Below are positions 1 through 7,600 of a stretch of DNA of 41,880 nt, in pieces; positions within the stretch are counted from its first letter, which is position 1, and every line of letters begins with the position of its first letter. The stretch comes from Candidatus Micrarchaeota archaeon. GTDB lineage: Archaea; Micrarchaeota; Micrarchaeia; Anstonellales; Bilamarchaeaceae. The notes under the pieces are model-generated. The model did not search any database, was not told the DNA's origin, and worked only from the letters and a program-made list of their open reading frames with translations. Position numbers and translations under genes: made by a program. The stretch spans positions 1-41,880 of the forward strand of contig JBFLVW010000077.1 in NCBI GenBank assembly GCA_040758235.1, written 5' to 3'.

Positions 1-638
1 GGACGGTATTCGAGTTCAAGGCGCTCGACATCGGACGCAAGGGAAAGAAGGTCGGGGAGGGGGCGTCCTTTTACAGGGGGATGAACGTGACCGAGATGGG
101 CGCGATAGCCGGGGCTTCGGTCGTGCTCGGCCTTTCGATAAGCTGGCAGTTTTTCGGGGGCGACTTCCTGCGCTGGTTCCTTATCAACACGCTCGTCTGC
201 CTCGGCGCGGCCATACTCCACGAGATTACGCACAGGATTTTCGCCCATTTCTTCAAAATAAAAATGGAATACCGCTTCTGGCCCGCAGGCTCGGCCCTGA
301 CCCTCATCAGCTCCTACCTGGGCAACGCCTTCTCGATACAGGGATTCATTCTCGAAGAGATTCCCCCGGACACTCCCAAGTGGAAGGCCGGCGTGATGAA
401 GCTTTCCGCCCCGCTCGTGAGCGCGGCGGTGATGGTAATCTTCGCTCTGGTGTATTCCAGCACCTACGAGCCCGTATACAAGATAATTTACTCGACGAGC
501 GCCCTCTGGGCGATGGCCGAAATCCTGCCCTTCGGCTCGCTGGACGGGAAGGACGTGAAGGAGTGGAGCCACACCGTGTGGTTCCTGGCATTCCTTTTCA
601 TAAGCGCGGGCTACATCTGGGCGACGTTTTTCGTCTAG
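1..638 (+). CDS. M50 / site-2-protease-like membrane zinc metalloprotease (possibly 5'-partial)
   Basis: HEITH (HExxH) within a hydrophobic segment plus downstream LPFGSLDG (S2P-type PxxxLDG) motif; several TM-like stretches. First in-window ATG is 81, but the same frame is open and GC3-rich back to base 3 (TVFEFKALDIGRKGKKVGEGASFYRG-MNV..), so the CDS may start left of the window. Confidence 0.7.
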   Translation, partial: TVFEFKALDIGRKGKKVGEGASFYRGMNVTEMGAIAGASVVLGLSISWQFFGGDFLRWFLINTLVCLGAAILHEITHRIFAHFFKIKMEYRFWPAGSALTLISSYLGNAFSIQGFILEEIPPDTPKWKAGVMKLSAPLVSAAVMVIFALVYSSTYEPVYKIIYSTSALWAMAEILPFGSLDGKDVKEWSHTVWFLAFLFISAGYIWATFFV

Positions 639-1891
639 CGCTTTATGCTTTTTTTCGCGACCATTACTGCCGCAAGCTCCCCGAAGCCCCTGTCTTTTAT
701 CACTTCGACGTATTTCGAGCGGCACTCGTCATCGAAAACGAACCCCGCGTTCTTGAGCGCCTCCATCCGCTTCGACACCCTCTCGTGGCACTGCAGGAGG
801 TGTTCTGGGCATTTCTTCCCCAATTCGACGAATTTCTTGCCAAGCTCCGCCCAGTATCTTATGCTGCCTACTGCCGCCCTGCGCTCGCTTTCGGTATGAT
901 TATCATAAGCCATGAGGAGGTCCTTGGTTTCCAGCCCGAAAAGCTTCCTGAACTCTGCAAGGCCGGGATGCTCCGGCCCGATGAAGGGCATCATGCGCCC
1001 TAATGCGAACTGGGCGACTCCCTCCGTCCGCCTTTCGTCATATGGGTCATGGAGGATGTGATAAATCCAATAGACGCGAGCGGGGTGCTCGTAGTTGCTT
1101 TCGTGCCAGTCCCCGCTTATGAAGACCCCGTCATCGGCGAGCGCCCTCCGTATCAGGGGGAGGTGCGCATTGAAGGACTCGTGGTGTATTGCCGCGTTGG
1201 TGACTATCATGCTTGCCGAGCCCGCGTTCAGCGTGCCGACGGCGCTCACAGGGCCCAAAACCGCCCGGACAAGGAAATCATTTTCCAGCGGCGTCCCCAT
1301 GACGGCACCCTTTGCCGCCTGCTCTGCCTCCGCCATCCTCTTTTCCGACGGCTCGAGGAGCATAAGCTCGATGCCAAGGCCCATCCCCAGGCCCGCAAGC
1401 CGCTCCAGCACCGCCCTGCTGGTCCCCCCGACGCCCGCACCGATGTCCAGAATCGTGAACACCGGGTCCCCGGAAGCGGCAGCGTGGGAAGCCGCATATT
1501 CGCCTATTTTGGCGTTCATGAGTGCGTTCGTGTCAGAAAGGCCGGCGTTTCTCGAGCCTTCGGCAATGAGGGCGTTCACGCTCGAATCAGTGTCCCGCCA
1601 TTCGCAGGAGTATGCGGCCGCGGAGCGCTCGTAAAGCCATTCGGCATTTTCCGGCGTGATATCGAAGCGCCAGTTCCTGAAGGAGTACGCGTGAGTCCGC
1701 AGGATGCTCCCGAGAGGCACCGGCGCCCATTCCAGCGCGGCCTGCGCGTCGCGGTCCAGCCTCTCGATATCGGAAATACTCGTCAAGACCAAGTTCCCAC
1801 CCGATATTAAATGGGAAAAGGGGGTTATAAACGTATAAGGTCGCGCCGGAATGCAGGCAGCCTCGCAAGGAAGATAAGCGTGCGCTGTCAA
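635..1891 (-). CDS. Class I SAM-dependent methyltransferase with long helical C-terminal extension; substrate unknown
   Basis: Rossmann motif I ILDIGAGVGGTS, acidic LMLLEPS, IVTNAAIHH block. Start uncertain: ATG 1891 is 8 nt from the divergent ATG 1900, and a TTTATAA box (1826-1832, minus strand) lies inside the N-terminus. TTG 1792 or 1786 may be the true start. Confidence 0.75.
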   Translation of the reverse strand: MTAHAYLPCEAACIPARPYTFITPFSHLISGGNLVLTSISDIERLDRDAQAALEWAPVPLGSILRTHAYSFRNWRFDITPENAEWLYERSAAAYSCEWRDTDSSVNALIAEGSRNAGLSDTNALMNAKIGEYAASHAAASGDPVFTILDIGAGVGGTSRAVLERLAGLGMGLGIELMLLEPSEKRMAEAEQAAKGAVMGTPLENDFLVRAVLGPVSAVGTLNAGSASMIVTNAAIHHESFNAHLPLIRRALADDGVFISGDWHESNYEHPARVYWIYHILHDPYDERRTEGVAQFALGRMMPFIGPEHPGLAEFRKLFGLETKDLLMAYDNHTESERRAAVGSIRYWAELGKKFVELGKKCPEHLLQCHERVSKRMEALKNAGFVFDDECRSKYVEVIKDRGFGELAAVMVAKKSIKR

Positions 1892-1899
1892 TTCGCCCC

Positions 1900-2598
1900 A
1901 TGCTTCCTGCCGTCAGCGAGCTTCAGGCGCTTAAGGACTCCAAAAAAGCTAAAATCCTCTCCGGCTTCTTCAAGACCGGCAAGGGTGAGTATGGGGAGGG
2001 CGACGTGTTTTTGGGGGTGAAGGTGCCCGAAATCCGCAAAATCGCGAAAAAACACTCCGAAATCCCGCTATCGGATGTCCGGCAGATGCTTTCGAGCGAA
2101 ATCCACGAGGTCAGGCTCGCGGCCCTGCTCATTTTGGTAAGTAAGTTCGAGAATGCAGAAAGCTTACCCCGAAAGAAAATATTCGATTTCTACATGGAAA
2201 ACAGCGAAAAAGTGAACAACTGGGACCTCGTCGATTCGAGCGCGGAGAAAATCGCCGGGGCGTATCTTGCCGACAAGGACAGGTCGGTGCTTTACACGCT
2301 AGCCCGGTCCCAAAACGTATGGGAGCGCAGAATCGCCATCATAGCGACATACCATTTCATCAAGAAGGGCGATTTTTCGGACACTTTGAAAATATCCGAA
2401 ATGCTCCTCGATGACCGGCACGACCTCATCCACAAGGCCGTGGGGTGGATGCTCCGCGAGGTCGGGAAGCGGGGCGGGCTTGCGGAGGAGGAGGCTTTCC
2501 TCAAAAAGCACGCCAAAAAAATGCCGAGGACCATGCTTAGGTACGCGATAGAAAAATTCGGCGAAAAGAAAAGAAAATCGTATATGGCTATTTCTTAG
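1900..2598 (+). CDS. DNA alkylation repair protein (AlkD-like HEAT-repeat family)
   Basis: 232 aa; FFKTGKGEYGEGDVFLGVKVPEIRKIAKK, NNWDLVD, RIAIIATYHFIKKG, HKAVGWMLRE blocks typical of the DNA_alkylation family. G+C clearly below the window average. Confidence 0.8.
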   Translation: MLPAVSELQALKDSKKAKILSGFFKTGKGEYGEGDVFLGVKVPEIRKIAKKHSEIPLSDVRQMLSSEIHEVRLAALLILVSKFENAESLPRKKIFDFYMENSEKVNNWDLVDSSAEKIAGAYLADKDRSVLYTLARSQNVWERRIAIIATYHFIKKGDFSDTLKISEMLLDDRHDLIHKAVGWMLREVGKRGGLAEEEAFLKKHAKKMPRTMLRYAIEKFGEKKRKSYMAIS

Positions 2599-2887
2599 CC
2601 ACTTTCTCCTCCTTGAGCACCATCTTCGCCACCAGGAACACCACGAAGGCGATTATGATGAAGTTTATGAGGGATGCGAGGAACGCGCCGGCGCCGAGCT
2701 TCGCCGGACCGAGGTCCAGCGTCGCGGTCTGCCAGTCCCCTCCCGGCAGGACGACCGCTATGAGCGGCATGATTATGTTGTTCACGAGCGACGTCACGAG
2801 AGCCGTCGCCGCGACGCCCATTATGAACGCGACCGCGAGCCCGATGACCTTGTATTCGTACAAAAACTCCTTGAATTCCTGCAGAAT
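2588..2887 (-). CDS. mscL: Large-conductance mechanosensitive channel MscL (proposed AUU start at 2887; only canonical start is TTG 2863)
   Basis: (ILQ)EFKEFLYEYKVIGLAVAFIMG, two TM helices, NIIMPLI loop, basic C-terminal tail. TTG 2863 would delete the conserved N-terminal EFKEF helix; see finding. Confidence 0.85.
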   Translation of the reverse strand: MLQEFKEFLYEYKVIGLAVAFIMGVAATALVTSLVNNIIMPLIAVVLPGGDWQTATLDLGPAKLGAGAFLASLINFIIIAFVVFLVAKMVLKEEKVAKK

Positions 2888-2924
2888 TCCCAGAATATCA
2901 CCAGCCTGAGTATCGCCGCCGGGA

Positions 2925-2932
2925 TTTTAAAA
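2925..2932 (-). promoter_or_regulatory. TATA-like box upstream of mscL
   Basis: TTTTAAAA between the kinase stop (2941) and mscL; about 41 nt upstream of ATT 2887, leaving room for a short leader carrying GGTGAT (2897-2902). Confidence 0.4.
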
Positions 2933-2940
2933 CCCAAAAA

Positions 2941-3831
2941 TCAGAACGGCTCGAAGCCATGCTCGATGGCTTCCCCTGCGGCATCCATCATTTCCGCCCC
3001 GCAAGGATAGCGGCGGTTCGGGTCCTTCTCGAGGGCCCGCCCTATTATCAGCGAGAGCCTGCCCATCCCCGGAACGGAAAGGTCGAGGGGAAGCGGCTCG
3101 CCATGGCGGTGGGCCATCAGCATCGCGTCCCCGCCTCCCGAAATGAGGTGCTGGTAGGGGTTGCGCGCGGTCGCGAGGATGTAAAGGAGGACGCCGGCGG
3201 AGTAGATATCGGCACGGCAGTCCACGGACGCCCCGCGATAGGTCTGCTCCGGGGCCATGAATGCCGGGGTTCCGATTGGCTCCAACGAATCGATGGCGAG
3301 GTCTGGCACGCCCGGGACCTTCGACAGCCCGTAGTCGATTAGCGCGACGGGGTATTCCCCTCCCCTCATAAAGAGGTTCCTGAAGCTGATGTCGCGGTGC
3401 ACGATGCCGCGGTGGTGCAGTTCGGCCAGTATTCCGAGAAGGGGATAAACCGCCTTCAGGACGCCCATGGGAGAAGTGTCGTGAAGGTTCTTATTGCAGA
3501 GCATCCGGCCCTGGATGAATTCCTGGACGATGTACGGGTCGTCCGACTCCAGCTCGGCATGGTAGATGCGGGGCACGCCCGGGTGATTCAGCATGGAAAG
3601 CGCCGCGGCCTCGTTCCTGAGCGTCTGCCGGGCGCGGGCATTACCGAGATGCTCATCATGCAGCCGCTTGAGCGCGACGCATTTGGTGGTCCGGACGTCC
3701 TGCGCGAAATCCACCCGGCAGATTGCCCCGGTGCCAGCTTCCTGCAGCGGCCTGAACCTCCCGTCCACGAGGTCGAAGAGCCGGCGCTGCCTCTGGCCGA
3801 AAAGGTCACGCATCGTGGGGGTGCGTTTCAT
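2941..3831 (-). CDS. Hanks-type Ser/Thr protein kinase, catalytic domain only
   Basis: VALKRL (catalytic Lys), HRDISFRNLF catalytic loop, IDYGLSK (DFG-like), GTPAFMAPE, DIYSAGVLLY; 296 aa with no extra domains. Confidence 0.85.
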   Translation of the reverse strand: MKRTPTMRDLFGQRQRRLFDLVDGRFRPLQEAGTGAICRVDFAQDVRTTKCVALKRLHDEHLGNARARQTLRNEAAALSMLNHPGVPRIYHAELESDDPYIVQEFIQGRMLCNKNLHDTSPMGVLKAVYPLLGILAELHHRGIVHRDISFRNLFMRGGEYPVALIDYGLSKVPGVPDLAIDSLEPIGTPAFMAPEQTYRGASVDCRADIYSAGVLLYILATARNPYQHLISGGGDAMLMAHRHGEPLPLDLSVPGMGRLSLIIGRALEKDPNRRYPCGAEMMDAAGEAIEHGFEPF

Positions 3832-3856
3832 ATGATAATTATATAGACAGAAAGCC

Positions 3857-3863
3857 TTAAATT
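3857..3863 (-). promoter_or_regulatory. TATA-like box for kinase gene
   Basis: AATTTAA on the minus strand; centre 29 nt from ATG 3831. Confidence 0.45.
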
Positions 3864-3896
3864 ACCACCAATACTGCGCTGGATGGCGGCCAGGTA

Positions 3897-3936
3897 GACA
3901 AAAACAACGCCGCTCACCGCGACCCGAAGGGTCGCG
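3897..3936 (-). terminator. Hairpin plus T-tract downstream of tRNA-Val
   Basis: Minus strand CGCGACCC-UUC-GGGUCGCG (perfect 8-bp stem, 3918-3936) starting 14 nt after the tRNA 3' end, followed by GTTGTTTTTGTC (3897-3908). Confidence 0.4.
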
Positions 3937-3949
3937 CATTAGACCAAAA

Positions 3950-4021
3950 TGGGCCTGCGAGGAATTGAACCTCGTATCTCTTGTGTGTAAAACAAGCGTC
4001 TTACCGATCGACTACAGGCCC
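3950..4021 (-). tRNA. tRNA-Val (anticodon UAC)
   Basis: Hand-folded cloverleaf: acceptor GGGCCUG/CAGGCCC, D-loop with GG, anticodon stem CUUGU/ACAAG with loop UU-UAC-AC, T-arm CGAGG-UUCAAUU-CCUCG, discriminator A. No encoded CCA and no intron. Confidence 0.9.
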
Positions 4022-4030
4022 TTGATGTGG

Positions 4031-4570
4031 TTACTTGCCTGTGATTCTTTTTATTACCTTTTGGCAGCCATTGCAGAATTCCTTCCCCTTGCGGTCCACG
4101 CCGACAATCGAATCCGAGAAGACCATCACGCATTTTTTGTCATCGCAGTGGGGGAGGCCCATGCAGTGCCCGAGCTCGTGGACGGCCTCCTTGACGATGC
4201 GCTCCTTGAACAGGGCACCGGCGGCCGGGATGTCCGGGACTGCGCCGTAAAAGCGGGGGTCGAGGCGGGCGGTAGAGAGAACGCAGGCGTTTTTGGACGC
4301 AAGGCCGAAGACGAAGCTCAGGCGTCCCGCGAAAATGTCCTCCCTGATGATGAATATCGTCAGGCCCTCATCCCCGGAGCCGGCAAGCCTGCGGAGCTCG
4401 CGGAGAAGGACTTCCGCGTCGAACTGCTTCCGGGAAGCCCGGAACGAGCGCGTCAGGGGGAAGTCTATCATGGCAGTCGTGAGCTGCGCGCTGAAAGTCC
4501 TTCCTATTGCATCCAGAAGGCCGTTGAAGCCGGGGACTGTCCGCTCCACGAGGACGACGGAGATGAGCAT
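4031..4570 (-). CDS. amzA: Archaemetzincin (M54 zinc metalloprotease)
   Basis: HELGHCMGLPHCDDKKC (HExxHxxGxxHC) plus C-terminal CNGC second metal site; 179 aa. Confidence 0.9.
   Translation of the reverse strand: MLISVVLVERTVPGFNGLLDAIGRTFSAQLTTAMIDFPLTRSFRASRKQFDAEVLLRELRRLAGSGDEGLTIFIIREDIFAGRLSFVFGLASKNACVLSTARLDPRFYGAVPDIPAAGALFKERIVKEAVHELGHCMGLPHCDDKKCVMVFSDSIVGVDRKGKEFCNGCQKVIKRITGK
4048..4055 (-). promoter_or_regulatory. TATA-like box for tRNA-Val, inside the 3' end of amzA
   Basis: AATAAAAA on the minus strand; centre about 30 nt upstream of the mature tRNA 5' end (4021). Confidence 0.4.
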
Positions 4571-4593
4571 ATCTGGGGTTAGGGAAAGGAAAG

Positions 4594-4600
4594 AATAAAA
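4594..4600 (-). promoter_or_regulatory. TATA-like box for amzA
   Basis: TTTTATT on the minus strand; centre 27 nt from ATG 4570. Confidence 0.5.
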
Positions 4601-4655
4601 GAAGACCTCAGGAAGTTTTGTGAACTTTTATCCTTAGAAAATGAAGGGGAAAAGT

Positions 4656-6035
4656 TCAAACGTTGAAGTATTTGATGAGCTCGTGCGAGCTGACGCCCTT
4701 CATCGACTCCTTGTGCTGGCGCAGCTTGAGGTCGATGTAGTCGCCGAGAAGCTCCGCCGGGACGACGCCCTTGAGGAAGGCGTTGTCGCTCTCGAGCGCG
4801 AGGAGCGATGCGTGCAGGCTGGATGGCATTTCCCGCTCCACGCGCTTCTTCTTGCTGTCCGCTTCGCACGGGTCGCCCGGCTCGGCCTTCTTCTTTATGC
4901 CGTCGAGGCCCGCCGCCGCGACGAGCGCGTGCGCGAGGTAGGGGTTCGCCGAGGGGTCCGCGCCCCTGTAGACGACTCTTTTCGCCTCCTTCAGGTTCTT
5001 CTTGTAGCCCGGAACCTGGACCAGCGCTTCCCTGTCCGAAACGCTCCATCCCATCTTGAAGCCTTCCGCCGCGAGGCGGCGGTAGGAGTTGGGCGTCGGG
5101 GCGAGGAAGAGCGCGAGGGCGGCGGAGTGCTCGAGCAGCCCGCCGATGAAGTACCGCCCGGCCTGGCTCAGCTGGCCGTAGTCCTCCTTCCCGTCGTAGA
5201 AGACGTTCTGCTCGCTCGTCTTCCAGAGGCTGATTGAGACGTTCATAGCGTTTCCGCGCTCCCCTTCGACCGGGTACGGCATGAAGGTCGCCGAGGCGCC
5301 GACAGCCGTCGCGAGGTTCTTGGTGATGAACTTCAGGGTGTTCACCGCGTCCCCCGCCGCCTTGAGGCCGCGCGGGGCGAGCTCGAAGCACTGCTGGGAG
5401 GTCGGCGAGCGGCCGTGCCGGTGCGAGTCCACGAGCATCCCGAAGCTGTCCTCCATAGTCTCGGAAATCTGGTTGCGGGCCGAGTAGAGCGAGTCGTGGG
5501 GCGATGCGACGAAGGCGCCGGTGTTGTCGTTGGAAAGCGGCGACGGGCCCCATTTCGCCTCCCTCGTGTCCATGAGGAAGCCGCTCCCCCTGCCGCGTGA
5601 GTTCTTGTCCGCCGTGACGGCGTCGAATATGTTGCACTCCACTTCGCTGCCGACGAGGGAGTTCTTTATGCCCTGCGCGCCGAGGTTGGTTTCCATGCGC
5701 TCGGCCACATAGCGCGGGTCCTTGAGGAACCGCTCCTTCTTGATTGCGACGACGACATCGCAGAGAAGCCTGACGGTCGCAGGCTCCCAGGGAATCCTCG
5801 CGAGGGTGTCCGGGTCCGGAAGGAGCACGAGTTCGCCCTGCTCGGAGGACCCGAAGACCTCGCCGAGGTCGGCAGCGTGCATTCCGTTGCCGAATGAGGC
5901 CTCTTCGAGCTTCCTGTTGGATACGCTCACCCTGTGGAGGGTGCCTTTTATGTCGAAGAATTGGAGGTCGATCCACCTGATTTCGTTCGTGGCGATATAT
6001 TTCATCACGTCATCTATGGCTGACAGAAAAACCAC
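4656..6035 (-). CDS. glnA: Glutamine synthetase type I
   Basis: N-terminal beta-grasp IRWIDLQFFDIKG, FMPYPVEGERGNAMNVSISLW ATP/metal region, ADPSANPYL; 459 aa; GTG start at 6035 (an ATG at 6005 would cut the N-domain). Confidence 0.92.
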   Translation of the reverse strand: MVFLSAIDDVMKYIATNEIRWIDLQFFDIKGTLHRVSVSNRKLEEASFGNGMHAADLGEVFGSSEQGELVLLPDPDTLARIPWEPATVRLLCDVVVAIKKERFLKDPRYVAERMETNLGAQGIKNSLVGSEVECNIFDAVTADKNSRGRGSGFLMDTREAKWGPSPLSNDNTGAFVASPHDSLYSARNQISETMEDSFGMLVDSHRHGRSPTSQQCFELAPRGLKAAGDAVNTLKFITKNLATAVGASATFMPYPVEGERGNAMNVSISLWKTSEQNVFYDGKEDYGQLSQAGRYFIGGLLEHSAALALFLAPTPNSYRRLAAEGFKMGWSVSDREALVQVPGYKKNLKEAKRVVYRGADPSANPYLAHALVAAAGLDGIKKKAEPGDPCEADSKKKRVEREMPSSLHASLLALESDNAFLKGVVPAELLGDYIDLKLRQHKESMKGVSSHELIKYFNV

Positions 6036-6057
6036 CTCGGTTTGGTATTTTTAACCA

Positions 6058-6074
6058 ATATAGGAATAAATAGG
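6058..6074 (-). promoter_or_regulatory. A/T-rich glnA promoter region with direct ATAGG repeat
   Basis: ATATAGGAATAAATAGG; ATAGG repeated at a 10-nt period (6060-6064 and 6070-6074); lies 25-40 nt upstream of GTG 6035. Confidence 0.35.
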
Positions 6075-6100
6075 TATCGTAAAGCCTCCTCGGAAACCGC

Positions 6101-7570
6101 TCAGCGGTTCTTCAGGGCACTGGCGAGCGCGGCGGGCGTCGCATAGCTTCCGTCGAGGCATGCCGTGCAGAGGGGAAGGCCTATCGCCCCCTTCAGGCCT
6201 TCCATGGACAGGTATCCCAGGCTGTCCGCGCCGAGGAATGCCGCGATTTCCCGGACGGATTTCCCGTGCGCGGCAAGCTCCCCGTAGCTCTTCATGTCCA
6301 CGCCGTAGAAGCAGGGGTGTCTTATCGGCGGGGAGGTTATCCTGACGTGGACCTGCGACGCGCCGGCTTCCCGCAGCAGCGACACTATTTTCTTCAGGGT
6401 GGTCCCCCGGACTATGCTGTCGTCTATGAGCGCAATCCTCTTCCCCGAGACAACGCTCCGTACGGGGTTGAGCTTGAGCCGGACATTCGAGGCCCTTTTC
6501 TCCTGAGTCGGCATGATGAACGTCCTCCCTATGTACCTGTTCTTTATCAGGCCTTCCTCGCATGGGAGGCCGAGCGCCCTCGCATATGCCTCCGCCGCGG
6601 GGCGGGAAGTGTCCGGGACTGGCACGACTATGTCGGCTTGTGCCGGGTGCTCGATAGCGAGCTGCGCGCCGAGCTTTTTGCGGGTCTCCAAAACCTCCTT
6701 TCCGTTAATCACGGAATCCGGACGGGAGAAGTAAACGTATTCGAACATGCAGTTTTTGGTGTCCTTCTTCAGGATGGTTTTGCGCTCCATGGCACTTCCC
6801 AAAACAACGAGTTCCCCACCTTCCACCGAGCCCATGCACGGTATCCCGTTCGCGTCGAGGGCGCAGCTCTCGCTCGCGAACGATATGAAACGGTCGTTCT
6901 CTCCCCAGACCAGCGGGCGTATCGCATGCGGGTCGCGGAAGGCGGCGAGCCTGCCGCCGATTATCGCTACGTCGGAATATGAGCCGTCCAGGGCGGCGAT
7001 TGCGTGGCGGACCGCCTCCTCGATTGTTGCGCCGCCCTTGAGCCTCGAGTGGAGCAGGAAGGCGATGGGCTCGGAATCGACCGTGCCCGTGAATGAATAG
7101 CCGGATTTCTCGAGCGACGCGCGGACGGCGTCGTAGTTCGCAAGGTGGCCGTTGTGGGCGAGGGCGATGTCTCCTATCACCGACGGCTGGACGTCCTGCA
7201 TCAGGCACCTTCCGGTCGTTGGATATCTCGTGTGCCCGATGCCGATGTGCCCTTTCGCCTTCATGTCGGCATCCCCGAAGATGTCCGTAACAAGGCCGAG
7301 GCCGCGCCGTGCAACCAGCTCCCGGTTACCGGCCCCGGGTTCGGTGTTTCGGGTTCCGGGTTTCGGGTTATGGATATCGCCCGGAACCGGATGCTGGGTG
7401 CCGGATGCGGGAGACGGGGGGGCGAGAATGACCATGCCGGCGGCGTCCTGGCCGCGGTGCTGGAGGGCGACCAGGGCGTTGTATAGGAAGGGGGCGACGT
7501 CCTCGCCCTTCTTCGAGTATATCGCGATTACGCCGCACTCTTCCTTTTTTTCTGAATAGAAGAAGTCCAT
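6101..7570 (-). CDS. purF: Amidophosphoribosyltransferase (Fe-S type, with propeptide)
   Basis: MDFFYSEKKEE-CGV (propeptide plus catalytic Cys), LQHRGQDAAG, PRTase loop RIALIDDSIVRGTT, C-terminal Cys ligands (HPCFYG, LCTAC). The ORF-track extension to 8680 is antisense to the mutase gene and spurious. Confidence 0.92.
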   Translation of the reverse strand: MDFFYSEKKEECGVIAIYSKKGEDVAPFLYNALVALQHRGQDAAGMVILAPPSPASGTQHPVPGDIHNPKPGTRNTEPGAGNRELVARRGLGLVTDIFGDADMKAKGHIGIGHTRYPTTGRCLMQDVQPSVIGDIALAHNGHLANYDAVRASLEKSGYSFTGTVDSEPIAFLLHSRLKGGATIEEAVRHAIAALDGSYSDVAIIGGRLAAFRDPHAIRPLVWGENDRFISFASESCALDANGIPCMGSVEGGELVVLGSAMERKTILKKDTKNCMFEYVYFSRPDSVINGKEVLETRKKLGAQLAIEHPAQADIVVPVPDTSRPAAEAYARALGLPCEEGLIKNRYIGRTFIMPTQEKRASNVRLKLNPVRSVVSGKRIALIDDSIVRGTTLKKIVSLLREAGASQVHVRITSPPIRHPCFYGVDMKSYGELAAHGKSVREIAAFLGADSLGYLSMEGLKGAIGLPLCTACLDGSYATPAALASALKNR

Positions 7571-7588
7571 GGTGTATAGTGCGGCGGG

Positions 7589-7600
7589 GGATTTAAATCC
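7589..7600. promoter_or_regulatory. Shared palindromic TATA box for divergent purF and phosphohexomutase genes
   Basis: GGATTTAAATCC, a perfect 12-bp palindrome in the 51-bp spacer; centre 24.5 nt from ATG 7570 (minus) and 27.5 nt from ATG 7622 (plus). Confidence 0.55.

Noticed and set aside
3832-4030. tRNA-Val as an integration site for a genomic island (low-GC AlkD-like gene lies 1.4 kb away)
   Set aside because: I could not see an integrase, a recombinase or a direct repeat of the tRNA 3' half in the window. The kinase and mscL genes between the tRNA and the low-GC gene have normal composition.
4579-5976. 465-aa ORF on the same strand as glnA in another frame
   Set aside because: Extremely Arg/Pro/Gly-rich, with no motifs, and it fully overlaps a well-supported glutamine synthetase frame. 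This is the typical high-GC alternative-frame artefact.
6036-6100. Nitrogen-regulator (NrpR-type GGAA-N6-TTCC) operator upstream of glnA
   Set aside because: No GGAA-N6-TTCC dyad is present. There is only an A/T-rich stretch with a direct ATAGG repeat, which may simply be the TATA region.
7321-7380. GGGTT/CGGGTT-rich short-period repeat considered as a stand-alone repeat, G-quadruplex element or degenerate CRISPR-like array
   Set aside because: It lies in frame inside purF with intact flanking motifs. The units are too short and irregular for a CRISPR array, and there are no spacers. It is reported instead as a coding insertion.
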